Source of the DNA: the human T2T-CHM13v2.0 reference genome, Homo sapiens
Assembly: GCF_009914755.1 (NCBI RefSeq)
Contig: NC_060942.1
Strand: one strand, 5' to 3'
Length of the DNA stretch: 64,000 bases
Positions 14,601-27,694 of this stretch are shown piece after piece (within the stretch, counting starts at the first letter, position 1; each line of letters begins with the position of its first letter). Below the pieces are notes generated by a model, which had not been told where the DNA came from, ran no database searches, and saw only the letters and a program-made list of their open reading frames with translations. The translations under genes and the position numbers were made by a program.

Positions 14601-15984
14601 TAGACTAGATGTATTAAAAAGTATCCGGTATTTCCATTGCAGTGACTCATCTGTTACAGCATCATGAACTACAGCGCCGTAGAAGGGGGATGTGAACGTT
14701 TGACTTTGGCCTCAACTTCTTTCCTTGCGTGCCCTGCTTTCTAGCACTCTTCTGTGGACATCTGTTACTGTTGAACAAGGAAACTCAACCAGTGGTCTGT
14801 GTTCAGAATCCGTGTTAGGCGTTGTAGCATCTTGGAAGCCCCAAAGCATCCTATTAATTTTCTAAGAATGCTACTATTCCTGCGGGTTTTATTTTTCTAA
14901 ACTTTCTGTTTTAACAGTTCTTCCAGAATTCATTTTCTTCTTAGCCTCCCCTTTCCAGCCCACTCCTCCCCAACCCCTAAAAACGAAACCCAAACCCCAG
15001 GTGTCTTTCCTTTCTGTGGATGCTGGGCTCCACGCACCACAGCCACCTCCCTGCCCTGCCACGTGAAAACAGGCTGTGGGTGTTTAGTGGAATTCTCCTG
15101 TTTAAAATGACTGAGAGGGTGTGGGAGGACAGGTGGGGGGGGGGGTTGCCACACACCCCCTCGTGAGCTTGAAAGGGGGTCATGGAGGGAGAGGGCATCT
15201 CAATGCAGGGCTCAGGGTCTGGGAATCCTCACACACGTTTCCAAGAACCTGTTGACTGCAGTTTTCACTTTGAGGATCTCCTGGGCCCTGCCTGGGGAGG
15301 CTTTGTGGCCCTGAAGAGAGTACAATGCTCATCTTTTCTGTTGCTAGTGTTCTGGCTCCTGTGACTTAAAGACGAGAAGGAGGTCTGTTTCCACTGATGG
15401 GTTTTGCCCAGAGTCCCCAGAGCAAGGCTCTGCCGCGTGTGTGGGCCCCGCACCAGACCCTGACGCCCTCAGGGGAGGGCTTCGGGAGCACCCACCGGCC
15501 ACCGTCACCTGCAGCCAGGGACCAAGCTGCTGCAGTGAGATGACCAGGCTGTGAGGATGGTGGTCTCTGGGACCCAGGTATCCCTGGGTCTTTGTTGCCT
15601 GCAGGAAGAGCTGCCTCCTGTGCCCAGGGCTGAGTGCCTTCATGGCTCAGGCCTCATCAGGCTGCCGCCACCCCAGGGCACCCCACGGGGCCACTCGATT
15701 CGGTTTGCAGGCTCCTGAGGACAGTGTTCCTGCTCCCACAGCCTCTGAGCATGCCCATGAACTTGACCTGCCCCAGGCACCATGCCACTAGGGTGCCCGT
15801 GAACCCCCAGGGCCGACGCTCATCCATGTGCTGTAGATGCACCTGCCACGGCTGGGCATGACTCATATTTGGAGCCTCAGGGCAACAGCATGGTGCAGGT
15901 GTCCCAGCAGGGCAGGGCGGTACCTGTGTGTGGCAGGTTTATAAGAAAGCAGTCCCCTTAAAAAGGAAGATGGTGGGGCCTTTA

Positions 15985-16108
15985 CTTTTTTTTTTTTTTT
16001 AAGAGACAGGGTCTCGCTATATTGCCCAGGCTGATCTTGAACTCCTGGTCTTAAACAATTCCCCCGTCTTGGTCTCCCAAAGTGCTGAGATTCCAGGCAC
16101 GCCTGGCC
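15985..16108 (-). mobile_element. FLAM / Alu left monomer
   Basis: polyT, agagacagggtctcgctat...ctcccaaagtgctgagatt. Confidence 0.8.
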
Positions 16109-16229
16109 TGGAGTTTAGTTTTACAGAGAGTAATTCCATGCACTGTTTCATACAACTGAGATCTTTCTCATCCTTGCCTGAATTTTAAAATCAGATATAT
16201 TAGCTCAGAAGATGCACACCTTTCAGTCA

Positions 16230-17330
16230 ATATCACATGTTCCATGTGCTGTGTCAGACCAAAAGAGGAATAAAATCCAGAGCAAATAAAGATCTAACAT
16301 AAAATTCAAACTCCAAAAATCTTAGGAAAAAAATATGTTTAGAATATTAAAGAGGACCTTCCCAATCAAACAGGATGTTTAGAGGCCATAAAGGAAAAAG
16401 AGAGTATTTGATGGCATAAAAGTTTATAGCATCTATAGAGAAACTCATGGTGAAGTTTCAAGAAATGACTGGCTAGGGGAAATAGTTGCAACATGTAACA
16501 GACAAAGATGTGTAACCATAATATGTAAAGATTTCATATAAATACATAAGAAATAAATGAGAAAACTATAAATACACCAATATGATTATGAAAAAGAGAA
16601 ACACAAATTACCATAACCATAGGGAAAGATCTGAAATTACCAGTAATTGGAGAAATACAAATTAAAATGAGATACATATTTTTGCCTATCAGATTGTCAC
16701 CAGTTAAAAGGGCGAGTCTCCAGGGTGAATGAGGGCATGGGGAACATGCCTTCTTCCTGGGACAGCCTAAACGAATGCAGCCTTTACAAAAGGCAGGTTC
16801 TCAGTAGCCATGAGGATGAAAAGTGATTATGCCCTGGGTCCAGAAATGTCACTTTTAGGAGTCTTTCCTACAAGTATACTGACAAACGTGTGCCAGCCAC
16901 ACACTTGCACATATACACATGCAATTTTGTGGTCATAAGAGAAAAAAGAAAAAAAGCAAGCCACCTGAACAGCCACCAGCTGGAGAAGGCAAATGCCAGT
17001 ATGTTTGTACTCTGTAACAGACAGGCCAGTGCACGTGTGTTCTTGTTTAAAGAGGTCTGTGATGTATTAAGTGAAAAGACACAAACAAGATATTTGCACA
17101 TCGATTCCAATAACTGAAAAAAGGAAAGGCTTTATTTTGTAGCAAACACACACACATGCAACGGAGGCCTGGGCTTTCCCCCGGGACGGAGTGGGGCTTG
17201 GTGGAGTCAGGGGCGCTGTGGGTTGGGATGGGAGACTTTACACTGCACTGTTTCCTTCTATATGATTTAAATTTTCAAGAAGTTTTCATTATTTTTATAA
17301 TAAAAATCCTTTTCAAATGAAACACAAATA
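16230..17330 (+). mobile_element. Old degraded L1M(E)-type fragment
   Basis: A-rich with remnants such as 'gagaaatacaaattaaaatgagatac', 'cacttttagga'. Confidence 0.6.
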
Positions 17331-17649
17331 TGTAAAAAATGCCCAGAGACTTGTGAAAACATAATTTGATTTGCTTTGCTGCAAATGCTTGTCTGCATAG
17401 CTTTCCATAGTCAAGAACAGATGACCTAGAAAGGTGTCCTCCAAGGGAAGAGTTGATTCATTGCAGGACTTTGTGCTGATCCTTCCCTGTCACCATGATT
17501 TTCCTCTATATCCATGTCCATAAAGCAGTGAAGTTCTCTTGTAAAGAAAACATTTGGAAATCCTAGGGCATGCTTTAATTTGTGAATACTCCGCTATTTA
17601 ACCACAAAATAAAAACAAGCATTGGTAAAAGAAGGCATTATTCAGGTCA

Positions 17650-18258
17650 CAATAGAAATGTGACCTTATTTCTGCTCACAGGCCATGGGAAGTATGACAT
17701 GCTTGTTTACCTAGGAACACAGTCTTCGACTTCGGGGTTCAGCCCTCACCACTGTGTTCACTGCCTTTGTCCTGAGCGGAGTCTCTCTGCTTCCTTTCAT
17801 GCTTATCCCTGGGCTGGTGGCTGACCCCTGCACAGACCCTCAGGGCTGCTGGAGGCGCACTCGGGCACTCTGCAGCCAGTGCAGCCTTATCCTGTTGGCA
17901 GTGGCTGTCCTCACAGAGAACACACCCATGCAGCTGGGCAGAGCCCACCGGGGCCACACATCCCAGCCCCTTCTCTCAGCCTGGGGGTGCTGAGTCGCTC
18001 ATCAATTCACCTTGTACCAGTGAAGCCACTTAGCTGCCTCCCGTGTCAAGAGGGGCAAAGTAGGGGCTCCGGACTCAGCCTGGGAGACGTCACATGGTGT
18101 GTGGGGGTAGGGTCCTGAGAAACACAGGGTCAAGGCCAGAGTGTCCCAGACACAGGAAGGTTATGTGCAGGGGCAGAGTCGAAGACTGTGTTCCTAGGTA
18201 AACAAGCGTGTCATACTTCCCATGGCCTGTGAGCAGAAATAAGGCCACTTTTCTATTG
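17650..18258. repeat. 82-bp inverted repeat (arms 17650-17731 and 18177-18258, 445-bp spacer)
   Basis: Arms are reverse complements at 79 of 82 positions; the ORF track shows LFLLTGHGKYD.LVYLGTQSST on both strands. Confidence 0.95.
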
Positions 18259-19996
18259 GAACCCAATTGCAAAGGGCCCAAGCCCCTGCTCAAAGACTCA
18301 GAGCAATTTCAGTCTTTTCCAGGAAGCCCCCAACATGAAAATTGTTGATAAGCCCTGGGGAGCGTTTTTGTGTGTGTGGGTGGGGGGGTGGGGCCGGGGG
18401 GGGGCGGGGGTGGCACATATAAGTGTGGCAGCTCCAATGGACATTTCCTCCCCATAGGAAGTAGACACTCAAACCCCAAGGCTGGGCCGGGCACCAGGCC
18501 CCTAGAGTCCCTGCCACTTAGCGGACAGGCCACGGGGAACCCAAGAGCAACAGCACCCCCTTGGCTGGGGCGGGGCCGGCAGGCCTCACTGACTGCCAGC
18601 TTCGGGAGCTGCTCAGGGCATGGCCTCTGAGCCTCTGAGCATGGCTTTGTCCGTGTCCACAGGGAACAGTGATGTTCCCACCAGCCTGGCCTCTCCCTGC
18701 CTGCGGGGGCAGGGGGCCCTTGGCAGGTCCACCTGCTCTCTGCACAGCTCAGCCACCAGCCTCCTACACAGTCTGCTCTTCATTCTCAAGACACCAGCGC
18801 CTCTCCTATAGGCCCCAGTGTCCCACTGCCCTCCACTCCCACCCTCAGTCCCTAGGGTGTGGGGGTCTGAGGGTGGAAGTGGAGGGCCGTGCTGAAGGGT
18901 AGGACATGTGGGGATCCAGAGAACCCCTCGTCCAGCCTCACCCTCGGTTCCCAGGGTGTGGGCAGCAGACGCACACAGTCGTAGCCACTGGGGAGGCACC
19001 ACCTGATCTCTGCCTGCATCGCCCCACGTATGAGCGGATACACTTGACAGATATGCCTCCCCACTGGCCGGGGCCTGAGCCCTGCTGCGGCACATGTACG
19101 TGCATGCATGTGTGTGCATGTGTGCTGTGAGCCCAGGGCAGCACAGTTGATGGCTTCTCTCTTCTTACTCCTGCCTCCCCCAGATTCCTGCACTGTCTTC
19201 CTCTTAGCATCCCCGAGCCCCTTGCTCTGAATTTACATCACTGCACGGTCAGTCACTTCCTTCCAGCACGGGGGACAAGGAGTGAAGCAGGCAGCAGAGC
19301 CATGGGCTGGAAGAGGGGAGCAGAAAGTGGCTCCAGGCCGCCCGTGAGCCCTCGACCTGCTTCCTCTCCCAAAACGGGGGTCTGGCTCACCTGCTTCCAG
19401 CTGCCGGCCCAATGTGCTGTGACTGGAAGTCACTCTGTGTTGCTGGACTCACATGTGAAGTGTGTGTCAATGGCATTTAAGGAATCTTTGGGGTGGTGGT
19501 GTCAGAAACCCAGGGGAGACCTGACCACTCCTAAAGTGCTGTGCCTGAAGGCCTGGAAACAATGTGGATGTTTCCTAACTCACCTGCAGAGCCACAGCCT
19601 TGGAGGCAAGGGGCTGAAGTTGATTTTTCCTTTCAAGTATGGGTCCCTAGGGGAATTGCTTTGAGAAACTCCACTCAACCATAAAGACGGGTTTAACTTT
19701 TCTAGAGCGGTGACATTGGAGAAATAGCTTCAGTTTGTGGAGACGTTCTCAGCTCCCTGTGGTGGGGGATGGCAGAGGCTTCCCGCTCCCCGCAGCTGGT
19801 TTGCACAGCCTCCCGACTGTGCCGTGGTGTCTCCTTCCCTAAAGTGGGACAGTCGTTTCTGTGTCCTGCTGGCCTCTGAGGAACAGACGTGTGTGAGAGG
19901 CCTTCAGGGCCTGATGGCTGGGGTGGTGACAGTGCCTGGAGAATGGGTGGGGACTGGAGGGGCCAGGTGGCTAACCACTCTCCTCTTCCATGGCAG

Positions 19997-20151
19997 CGGA
20001 GCTGGAGTTCGCCCAAATCATCATCATCGTCGTGGTGGTCACGGTGATGGTGGTGGTCATCGTCTGCCTGCTGAACCACTACAAAGTCTCCACGCGGTCC
20101 TTCATCAACCGCCCGAACCAGAGCCGGAGGCGGGAGGACGGGCTGCCGCAG
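19997..20151 (+). CDS. LDLRAD4: LDLRAD4 transmembrane exon ([51 protein letters not shown])
   Basis: Pyrimidine tract plus AG at 19995-19996; donor CAG|GTGAGT at 20152; hydrophobic helix typical of the PMEPA1/LDLRAD4 family; in-frame ATG at 19990 gives an MAAELEF start. Confidence 0.96.
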
Positions 20152-20660
20152 GTGAGTACCCTGGCCGCCCCGGCTCCAGAGTCAGGCAGCTGCAAGAGGC
20201 TTAGGAGCCCATCAGGGTTCAGAGGCCGGGAGTGCTTTCAGTTGACATGTAACAAACGGGGCGAAGCGCACCTCGTAAGTGTTCCACTTAGTGAGTCCCC
20301 ACAAACTGAACACACCAGTGTGACCAGCACCCAGTGAACATACAGACACAGCAGTCCCCCCAGAAGCCTGCGTGACCCCTCCCAGGTCTCCCCTGGATCT
20401 TTGCTGCCCGACGTGGCTTTGCCAGCTTCTGAGCTGTGCACGAACGGGACCGGCCCTGGGTGGTCCCTCGTGCCTGGCTCCTCTGGCTTGGCAGTGCACT
20501 TGTGAGATTCATTGTGTTGTAAAATCCTGTCCTGAGCTGGGTCCTGGAGGTGCTGCGGGGACAAATCACGCGCTCATCGCCACTAAACGTGCCGGCAGCA
20601 CATGGGTGCCATGAGCTGGAGGACGCCTGGAGCTTAAGGCCTCGGGAGCTTCCTGGGGAT

Positions 20661-20773
20661 CGGCGGTGGGGTTGTTGGCGGTGGGCTTGTCAGCGGTGGG
20701 CTTGTCGGCGGTAGGGTTGTCGGCGGTGGGTTGTGGAGGGTGGGGTTGTGGAGGGTGGGGTTGTCGGCGGTGG
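20661..20773. repeat. ~15-bp G-rich minisatellite (ggcggtgggcttgtc), about 7-8 copies
   Basis: Direct reading; LSAVG repeats in the ORF track. Confidence 0.9.
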
Positions 20774-22819
20774 ACCCTCAAGCCAAACTGCACTATGATC
20801 AAACTTGAGAGACCAGGGGCTGCTGTCCCAAGCCTGTTTTACAGGCTGTGGTTTTGATGGCTTCCAGCCAGAGGGTTAGGAGCGGTGAGTTCAGCGAGCG
20901 TATAAATCCTTGGCTTCCGTGATGGGCAGCGAGGCCGAGTCTCCACAGTGTGGAGCCCTGCGGTATGCTGAGCACAGGAGCCGGTCCTTACGGAGCATCC
21001 CTCTTCAGGAACAGGGCTGTGCAGTTCCGGCTCCCACCCTGACTTACAGAGCCTGTCCAGGGTATGGGGTGCAGCTGTCCAGGTGGGTTTCCTGGGGTGG
21101 CCGCTGGCCCTGGGACCCCTCTCAGGAGTGCAGGCTCACACTTCACTAGGATCATTGGTGCAGCCATCCATATGGGCAGAGCTGAGGTTTGCTGTCTGCT
21201 CTGCAGCTCCTGCAGGTAGTGGGGAGAAGGAAGGGGTGGGTGCTACCGAGTGCTATCTTCAGACCATGGTGAGGGCTAGACGGGGCAGCCTCGGGGAGGA
21301 GATGGGATGCCAGGGGAAGACGTGCACCCTTGACAGCCGTTTCCTCCTCTTGCCCCCTGCATCCTCTCTTGCCCCTTCTGTCCTCTCTCTGGATGCCCAG
21401 TTCAGTCCACAAGCCCCTCTGGCCCTGTTGTGTTACTTTCCTCGAGCCTCCACAGCATCCTGGGGTCCTTTGTCTGGTGTCCACAGAGCTGCGCCATCCA
21501 GACGCACTGAACACTTTGGCATCCTGATGCCTGTAGATTGTTGGACAGAGGGAGGACTAATTCTTCTGAAGTTCTAAACACACAGTGTATGGGATTCACC
21601 TGTGTTTTGAGAGAGGACAGGGAGAAAATCTCATCACAGCAGCAGTTTCAGAACCGCAGAAGGCTCAGACATCGCTGCTTTGCCTTAATGTATTACGGGC
21701 TGTGAACGCCACCCCTGGACTTGGTGGAAACAAGCACAGCCTTCCTTGGCCTTCTCTCCAGGAGCTCCAGAACGCTTGGGGTCTCTGTGCGCAGGCACAC
21801 AGGGAGTTTTCTGTCCCCTGCCTGGGCGCTCCCCAGTCTTCCTCCCAGACTTGCCCTGGTGTTGGCTTCTCTCTCCCTAGTGTGGGTCAGGCAGCTCCTT
21901 GCTCTGTTCCTGGTGCAGACCCAGCCCCGCTTGCTGTCCCTGTTCATAGCACCTTGTGTCCTGAACACCAGCACACTGGCCACACCCTTACCAACCAAGA
22001 GGCCCAGCAGAAAAGCAAAAAGTGTCAAAAAAGTGTCTTCTGTGTCATGTGGCGGCAGATTTGTGTGATGCCCTTTCCCGGGAAGCGCTGGCTGCCCCAC
22101 CTGCAGAGCCTCCCTTCCCTGAAATCAGGAAGGTGACAGAGCGATGTTCAGAGGTCCCTTCAGGGCTGCACACTGCGTGGCAGGTGAAGACATTCGGCAG
22201 CCAGTGAATTGTGTCCACACAGTGGTCCACATCCCTGTCTGGGCCTCGTTTTGTTAATGTGCACATACAGTGTTCCCCCTGAGAGCTCCGTTCTGGAGCT
22301 GAGCTGGGGCTTGCAGAGATCCGGCTGCACCGAGCTATTTCTCCTTTTTTTCTGAGTAACCTGGAACTGGGAGCTGTCCCTCCTCGAGGTGTGGCTGTTC
22401 CTCCTACGGCTTCAGCATAGCTTAGCAAAGGACTCTGTGTGATGTTTCATAAAACACAAGATGCATTCCAGCACGATGACCAGAGGCAGCTCGGCCCAGG
22501 CCCTTGCTCCACTTCCCGATCTGGTGTATTAGCCCAGTTGATGGTTCCCCAAAAGAGAAAAGAGTGGCAGCTGATGAGGAAGAAACCTCCATTCTCTCCT
22601 GGACACAGACTCAGGCCTTGCTAATACTATGGGTGTGGCCATGCTATCCATTTCCCTCTCTCTGCCCTGAGGGTCCCCTAACCCAGGTCCTCTCCACCCA
22701 GGAATGCCCCCACGCAGCCAGGCTTCCTGCCTCCTAATTCCCTACTTCTAACTTCTTTTAAGAAATGCCTGTTCCCCGTATACAGTATTAGGGGAGCGAT
22801 CTGATTCATTTACACTCAG

Positions 22820-23032
22820 CTCAGGAGTCTCGATCAGGGCTGATTCTGCCAAATGTCTAGGGGACATTTGCAGTGTCTGGCATCATAAGGGGGAATCCTA
22901 CAATGTGTCCTACAGTACGCGGGCGGCCCTGCAACAAAGACTCATCTGTACAGTGCGTCCTACAGTGCACAGGCAGTCCCGCAACAAAGACTCATCTGAG
23001 TGGATGTGAGCGGTGCTGAGGCGGAGGAGCCG
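22820..23032. mobile_element. MER20-like hAT element with internal 50-bp tandem duplication
   Basis: 'ggggacatttgcagtgtctgg...cctacagtgcacaggcagtcccgcaacaaaga'; copies at 22899-22948 and 22949-22998. Confidence 0.65.
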
Positions 23033-24533
23033 GCCCCACCAGGTGCTGAGCACTGCCGGACCCAGGGGCACTTCACTGTAAAAGAGGCTGCCTGTTACCA
23101 TGAGGGGGTCTCTCTAGGCTGGCTCTGAGGCATCCACAGAGCGGAGAGCTCTTCCCAGCAGTACGAGTTTGGGGTCTGGTCTGGGACTCTGCCTTGGGAA
23201 CAGTTTCCCCAGTGACTCCTGCCTCCTCTGCTCATCCAGCCATTCAGTGGACACTCCGCAGGAGCCAGGCACTGAGTAGGAGGGGGAAACAGTGGCCATG
23301 CCCCGCCTCCGCCACCAGCAGCACCTGCAGTCCCCTGGCGGAGGCCAAGACCCCGCTGCCATTCTCTCCATCTTCCTAGGGGAGGCTAGGGGTCTGGCTG
23401 GCCGATTGTGCCTTTGGGATGGGGGAGTGTCAGGCGTGGGAGCTGTAGGAGGTGTTTGGGGCAGGTATGAGGACCTGTGTCTCCTCCGTCCCCATGCCTG
23501 GCCTGGCCCATGTGCAGTTGGCGAGGGCAGTTCCAAGTTCCCCGCCTTCCCCATCCCTAGGTGACCACCTGTGTCAGGAAGCCCCCTCCCAAGGGGCTTG
23601 GAAGGGGCTGGGAAGGCACGGCTGGCTGGTCAGCATGGCAGGGAGGGCCCTGTGCCCCCTGGCAGAGCCTGGCAGTCCTCTGTCTCCTGGGCTCCCTGTG
23701 CTGCTGTGCAGGCCTGTGCTCCAGGGCAAGGCGGCTGGGGAGGATGAGTGTGTCTGGGCAGATGCTGCCATCCTCATGGCTTCTTTCCAGTTATCAGGGC
23801 CCCTGCAAGCCCCTAAGCACCTCTTCCTTTCTCAGCACCAATGTCCGAGGCCTTTCTCCTGCAGCACCCGAGGCCCTGGGAGTCCAGGCCCTGGCGGCGG
23901 CTCAGCACCCTCCAGTCAGCAGCTGGGGTTGGATGCTCCTCCTGTCCCCTCTGTGGAGCGCAGCCTCATTAGGAGCCTGTGCATTGTTGGGGAGCCTCCT
24001 GTGAGGGCCTGTTTGTAGAGACCCACCCCAGGGCTCCATGAGCACATTAGAAAATGATGTTCTATTTAAACCTGGTGTGAGAAGTGCTGGGCATTGAATT
24101 AACCAACTTCTAGGTGATTAGGCTTCACACTCTGATTAAACTTACTGTTACGTCTTTCTGCTGGAAGCCTGGAGAGTGGAGGTGGAAACATAGCTTGGGG
24201 CAATAGGATGGGAGTGAGTTTTGGTTTGGAGGAGGAGGATGAGCAGGCCAGCAGCCTTACTTGGCTGAGGAAGCTTCCCGCCCTGCTATGAGCGGCCCCT
24301 CGCCTCCTCTACAGGTTTTCCACTTTGACCACAAGGAAGGGCCAGACCAAGCTTAACCAGACAGCATCGCTGTGGCCCTGGCTTCTCTGCTTCTTGCGGA
24401 GAGTCCCGTTCTGAGAAGTGGTGACTGCCCCGCTGCCTTCTCTGGCCCCTTCCTGAGGGAGTGCCCAGCTCAGCCAGTTCTGGTCCCTGTCCCATAGGGT
24501 GTGCTCCTGTGCAGGTGCAGGTGAGGAGCCGCA

Positions 24534-24748
24534 GCCGGCGCCCTCCTCCCCCCGCCAGAGGCCTCCTCCCCCTGCCAGCACCCTCCTCCCCCCACCAGAG
24601 CCCTCCTCCCCCTGCCACCACCCTCCTCCCCCCGCCAGCACCCTCCTCCCCTCAGCCGGCGCCCTCCTCCCCCCGCCAGAGCCCTCCTCCCCCCACCAGA
24701 GCCCTCCTCCCTCCACCAGCAACCTCCTCCCCTCTACCAGCATCCTCC
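24534..24748. repeat. C-rich VNTR, ~20-21-bp unit (gccctcctccccc[c]gccaga), about 10 copies
   Basis: Direct reading of tandem cctcctcccc units. Confidence 0.92.
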
Positions 24749-25841
24749 TGACACTGGCACCTTCCTCCCATGTCCCTTGGCCTGGGACAGTGCATGCTGC
24801 ATGAACGTGATGGGTGTCCCAAAGCCAGTCAACCTTTGTCGCCATGCGGTAGACACTGTGTGTCCCAGGGGGGCCCAAGGAATGGATGTTACTGGGCCTG
24901 AATGTGGTGGAAGTAGTGATTTCTGGATGAAAATGAAAACTAGCAACTCAGGTGTAAATTACATCACAGACAAAGCAAATGCTTACATCATAGCAGATAG
25001 CAGCGGCGGGTCCGGATCTGCATCCTTGTGCATTCTTGCTGAGGTAGCCTGAGCTTGGTTTCTTTGGAGCCTGGTTTGTGTGACTTCTGAGCATTGAGAC
25101 TGTCTAGATTTCTTTTCATTATCTTAGACCATTCAGTAATGGGAAAGCAGTAAAGGGGCATGAATATTCTAGACACAGCCCGGAGAGCTATTTGAACAAG
25201 TTGCTGGAACATTTCTTGCTGGAGCTGAGGGAGCCCAGGTGACCTTTTCTGACTGCCAGCAGCCTGGCCCAGAGGGTCCAGCCTGGCCTGTGTGGACAGC
25301 CCAGGGGTAGGGGATGGCATGCAGGCAGAAGGGTCTGGCCATCAGCGGATGGAGGGAGAGGCAGGAGAGGGACAGGGACCTTTACCCAGATTGAAGCATA
25401 TGAAATTGTTAACATTCAGCCATTTTGACCTATAGAAACAGCAATTTCAATTTAAAAAATTAACAAAAGGAATCACATCACACATCTCTTCATTATCAAC
25501 TCCTACAGGGATTAAATCGATTGTGAAAATCCAGGTGCCCATTCTTCATAGCCAGGAGGAGCAGCCAGGCCCCACCCAGCACAGCTGGGCTCCTCCAGCT
25601 CCCTGGGGTTGACACTGGGAGGGGCCCTGGCTGTTGCGGAGGAGGACAAGCACTTGGTGGCTGTCAGCCCTCTTGATGCAGAAACTCATGCTCCTCAGAT
25701 CCACAGTGCCCTGACATGGGGTGAGCTCTCCCCACAAGTCCCTCTCTGCAGAAGCCACAGAGTTAGCCTAGAGCATGGCTGTGTACCTGGTTTGCCCCAC
25801 AGGGTGTTCGAACCTAAGTTGATCTAGCTTTTAAAAATTGG

Positions 25842-26140
25842 GGCTGGGTGCGGTGGCTCACGCCTATAATCTCAGCACTTTGGGAGGCCGAGGTGGGCAG
25901 ATCACTTGAGGTCAGGAGTTTGAGACCAGCCCAGCCAACATGGTGAAACCTTGTCTCTACTCAAAAATACAAAAGTTAGCCAGGTGTGGTGGCACGTGCC
26001 TGTAATCCCAGCTACTTGGGAGGCTGAAGCAAGAGAATCTGGAGGCAGAGGTTGCAGTGAGCTGAGATCACGCCATTGCACTCCAGCCTGGCCGACAGAG
26101 GGAGACGCCATCTCAAAAATAAAAAAATAAAAAATAAAAA
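25842..26140 (+). mobile_element. AluSx-like element
   Basis: Full dimer with A-rich tail; TSD-like aaaaattg. Confidence 0.92.
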
Positions 26141-27694
26141 TTGTGAGATTTCACATGAAAATTGGAGTTTCCATCTTCTCTTGAAAAAGCAGCCTATGGG
26201 GCCACACCCTGAGGCTGGGGCTGTGAGGTGGCTGCCATGGAGTGGGCCTGTGCTGCCCGGGCTGTCACCTGTCTCTCGCTGGGGACCCTTCAGTGCCGGG
26301 CAGCAGCATTGCCATCTGTGGGTTTGCACGTGGGGGTTGTTTTTCAGAGAAAATTTTCTTCTGCACTCAGGCTTCTATTGCAAGGCTGAAGACCAAGATA
26401 GACTGAGAGGGCCACTGGTTCCCAGAAAAATGGGTGAGAAGGTCCTTGTGGAAGTAAATACTGTTCCTGCCTGGTTAGGAGTTGAGACACGTGTCTGGGT
26501 CAACAGTGCTGTGCGTGTCCTGTGCCCAGCCTGACATGGTCACTCGTGGCCACTGCTGTCCAGTCATCTCCCCAGGCAAGGCCCTCCTCTGTGACTAAAG
26601 CTTATAGCCAGAGGGACAGAGGTGGCCATGGGCTCCCCGCTCTCTGAGGCTCGGCCCTGCACCAGCAGCCTCTCTGCTGGCCTTGGGAGCAGCGGTGGCC
26701 AGAGGGCAGACGGTCCTGGGCAGGTGTCTGACAGCCAGGAGCCCGCTGTGCTGGGGCTCAGAACTCACAGTGAGGGGACCTCTGGGTGTGCCATATGTGA
26801 CGAGTGCCTTTCTCTACCTGGGCAGTGTCCCTCTACCCTCCCCTGCAGATAGAGGCTCTGAGGTGGGCCCCAGGCTCAGGGGTGTTTGAGAAACCCACAG
26901 GCAGTGTCCTGGGATCCCTCGGAGGGCACAGGGAGCAGGGGTTTCAGCGCCACACTGTTCATTCCCACTGCAGCTGGAGCGCTGGCTCGCTGTGCCCTGC
27001 TGCTCTCACTCCTGCCCACCTCATACGTTTAGAAAAGCATGTGGAAAACGATGGAAAGGAATGATTTTCAGTAAGGCTTGAAGGAGTGGACTAAAGGGCT
27101 TACTGATGCAGTTGTACTCGGTCTGCCTCTGACACTCCAGACTAAAGAAAAGAGCCACAGGCTTCCTCTGGCATCATTGTGGGGATGAACCGCAGGGGAC
27201 CGTTTCCCTGCAGGCAAGGCAGACCCTGCTGCACCACAGACCAGATGTGTGTGTTTGTCGGTTGTCCAGTGACAGCTCTCCGTTACTGCATTTCACGGAA
27301 ACTGCATTTCCAAGAGCTTAGGGTCCGGCGGGTTGGCCGCAGCATGTCTGTCTGAGTGAGCAAGGACTTCCAATTATCAGGCTGCCCAGGTGGTCATTTG
27401 AAAGGTTTTGCCCTTTGCTATGTCTAATTGAAGCATTAGAGGATAGACAATTTCACATCACCTCAAAATGAGAACATCTCCCTTCAATTAAGGGAAACAG
27501 GAGGCCAAGCGGCCCGGCAGAAACTGCATAAGGATGCTGGACCCCAGCTGCACGCAGATTCCTACCTGAACCACAGTGGGCAGAGCTTTGGAAGAGTCAA
27601 TGCTTATCTTTAAAGTGACAGTGTCTCAAATAGTCCTTCTACTGATGTTGGCACTGCTCAGAATGTTTGGGAATTACCTTCAGGTTTTGGGGTT

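Noticed and set aside
19090-19125. Short palindromic catg/gtac-rich stretch
   Set aside because: Low-complexity alternating purine-pyrimidine sequence that is self-complementary by composition
21083-24878. Long overlapping ORFs of 120-189 aa
   Set aside because: GC-rich intron and VNTR with low stop frequency; no domain or splice support
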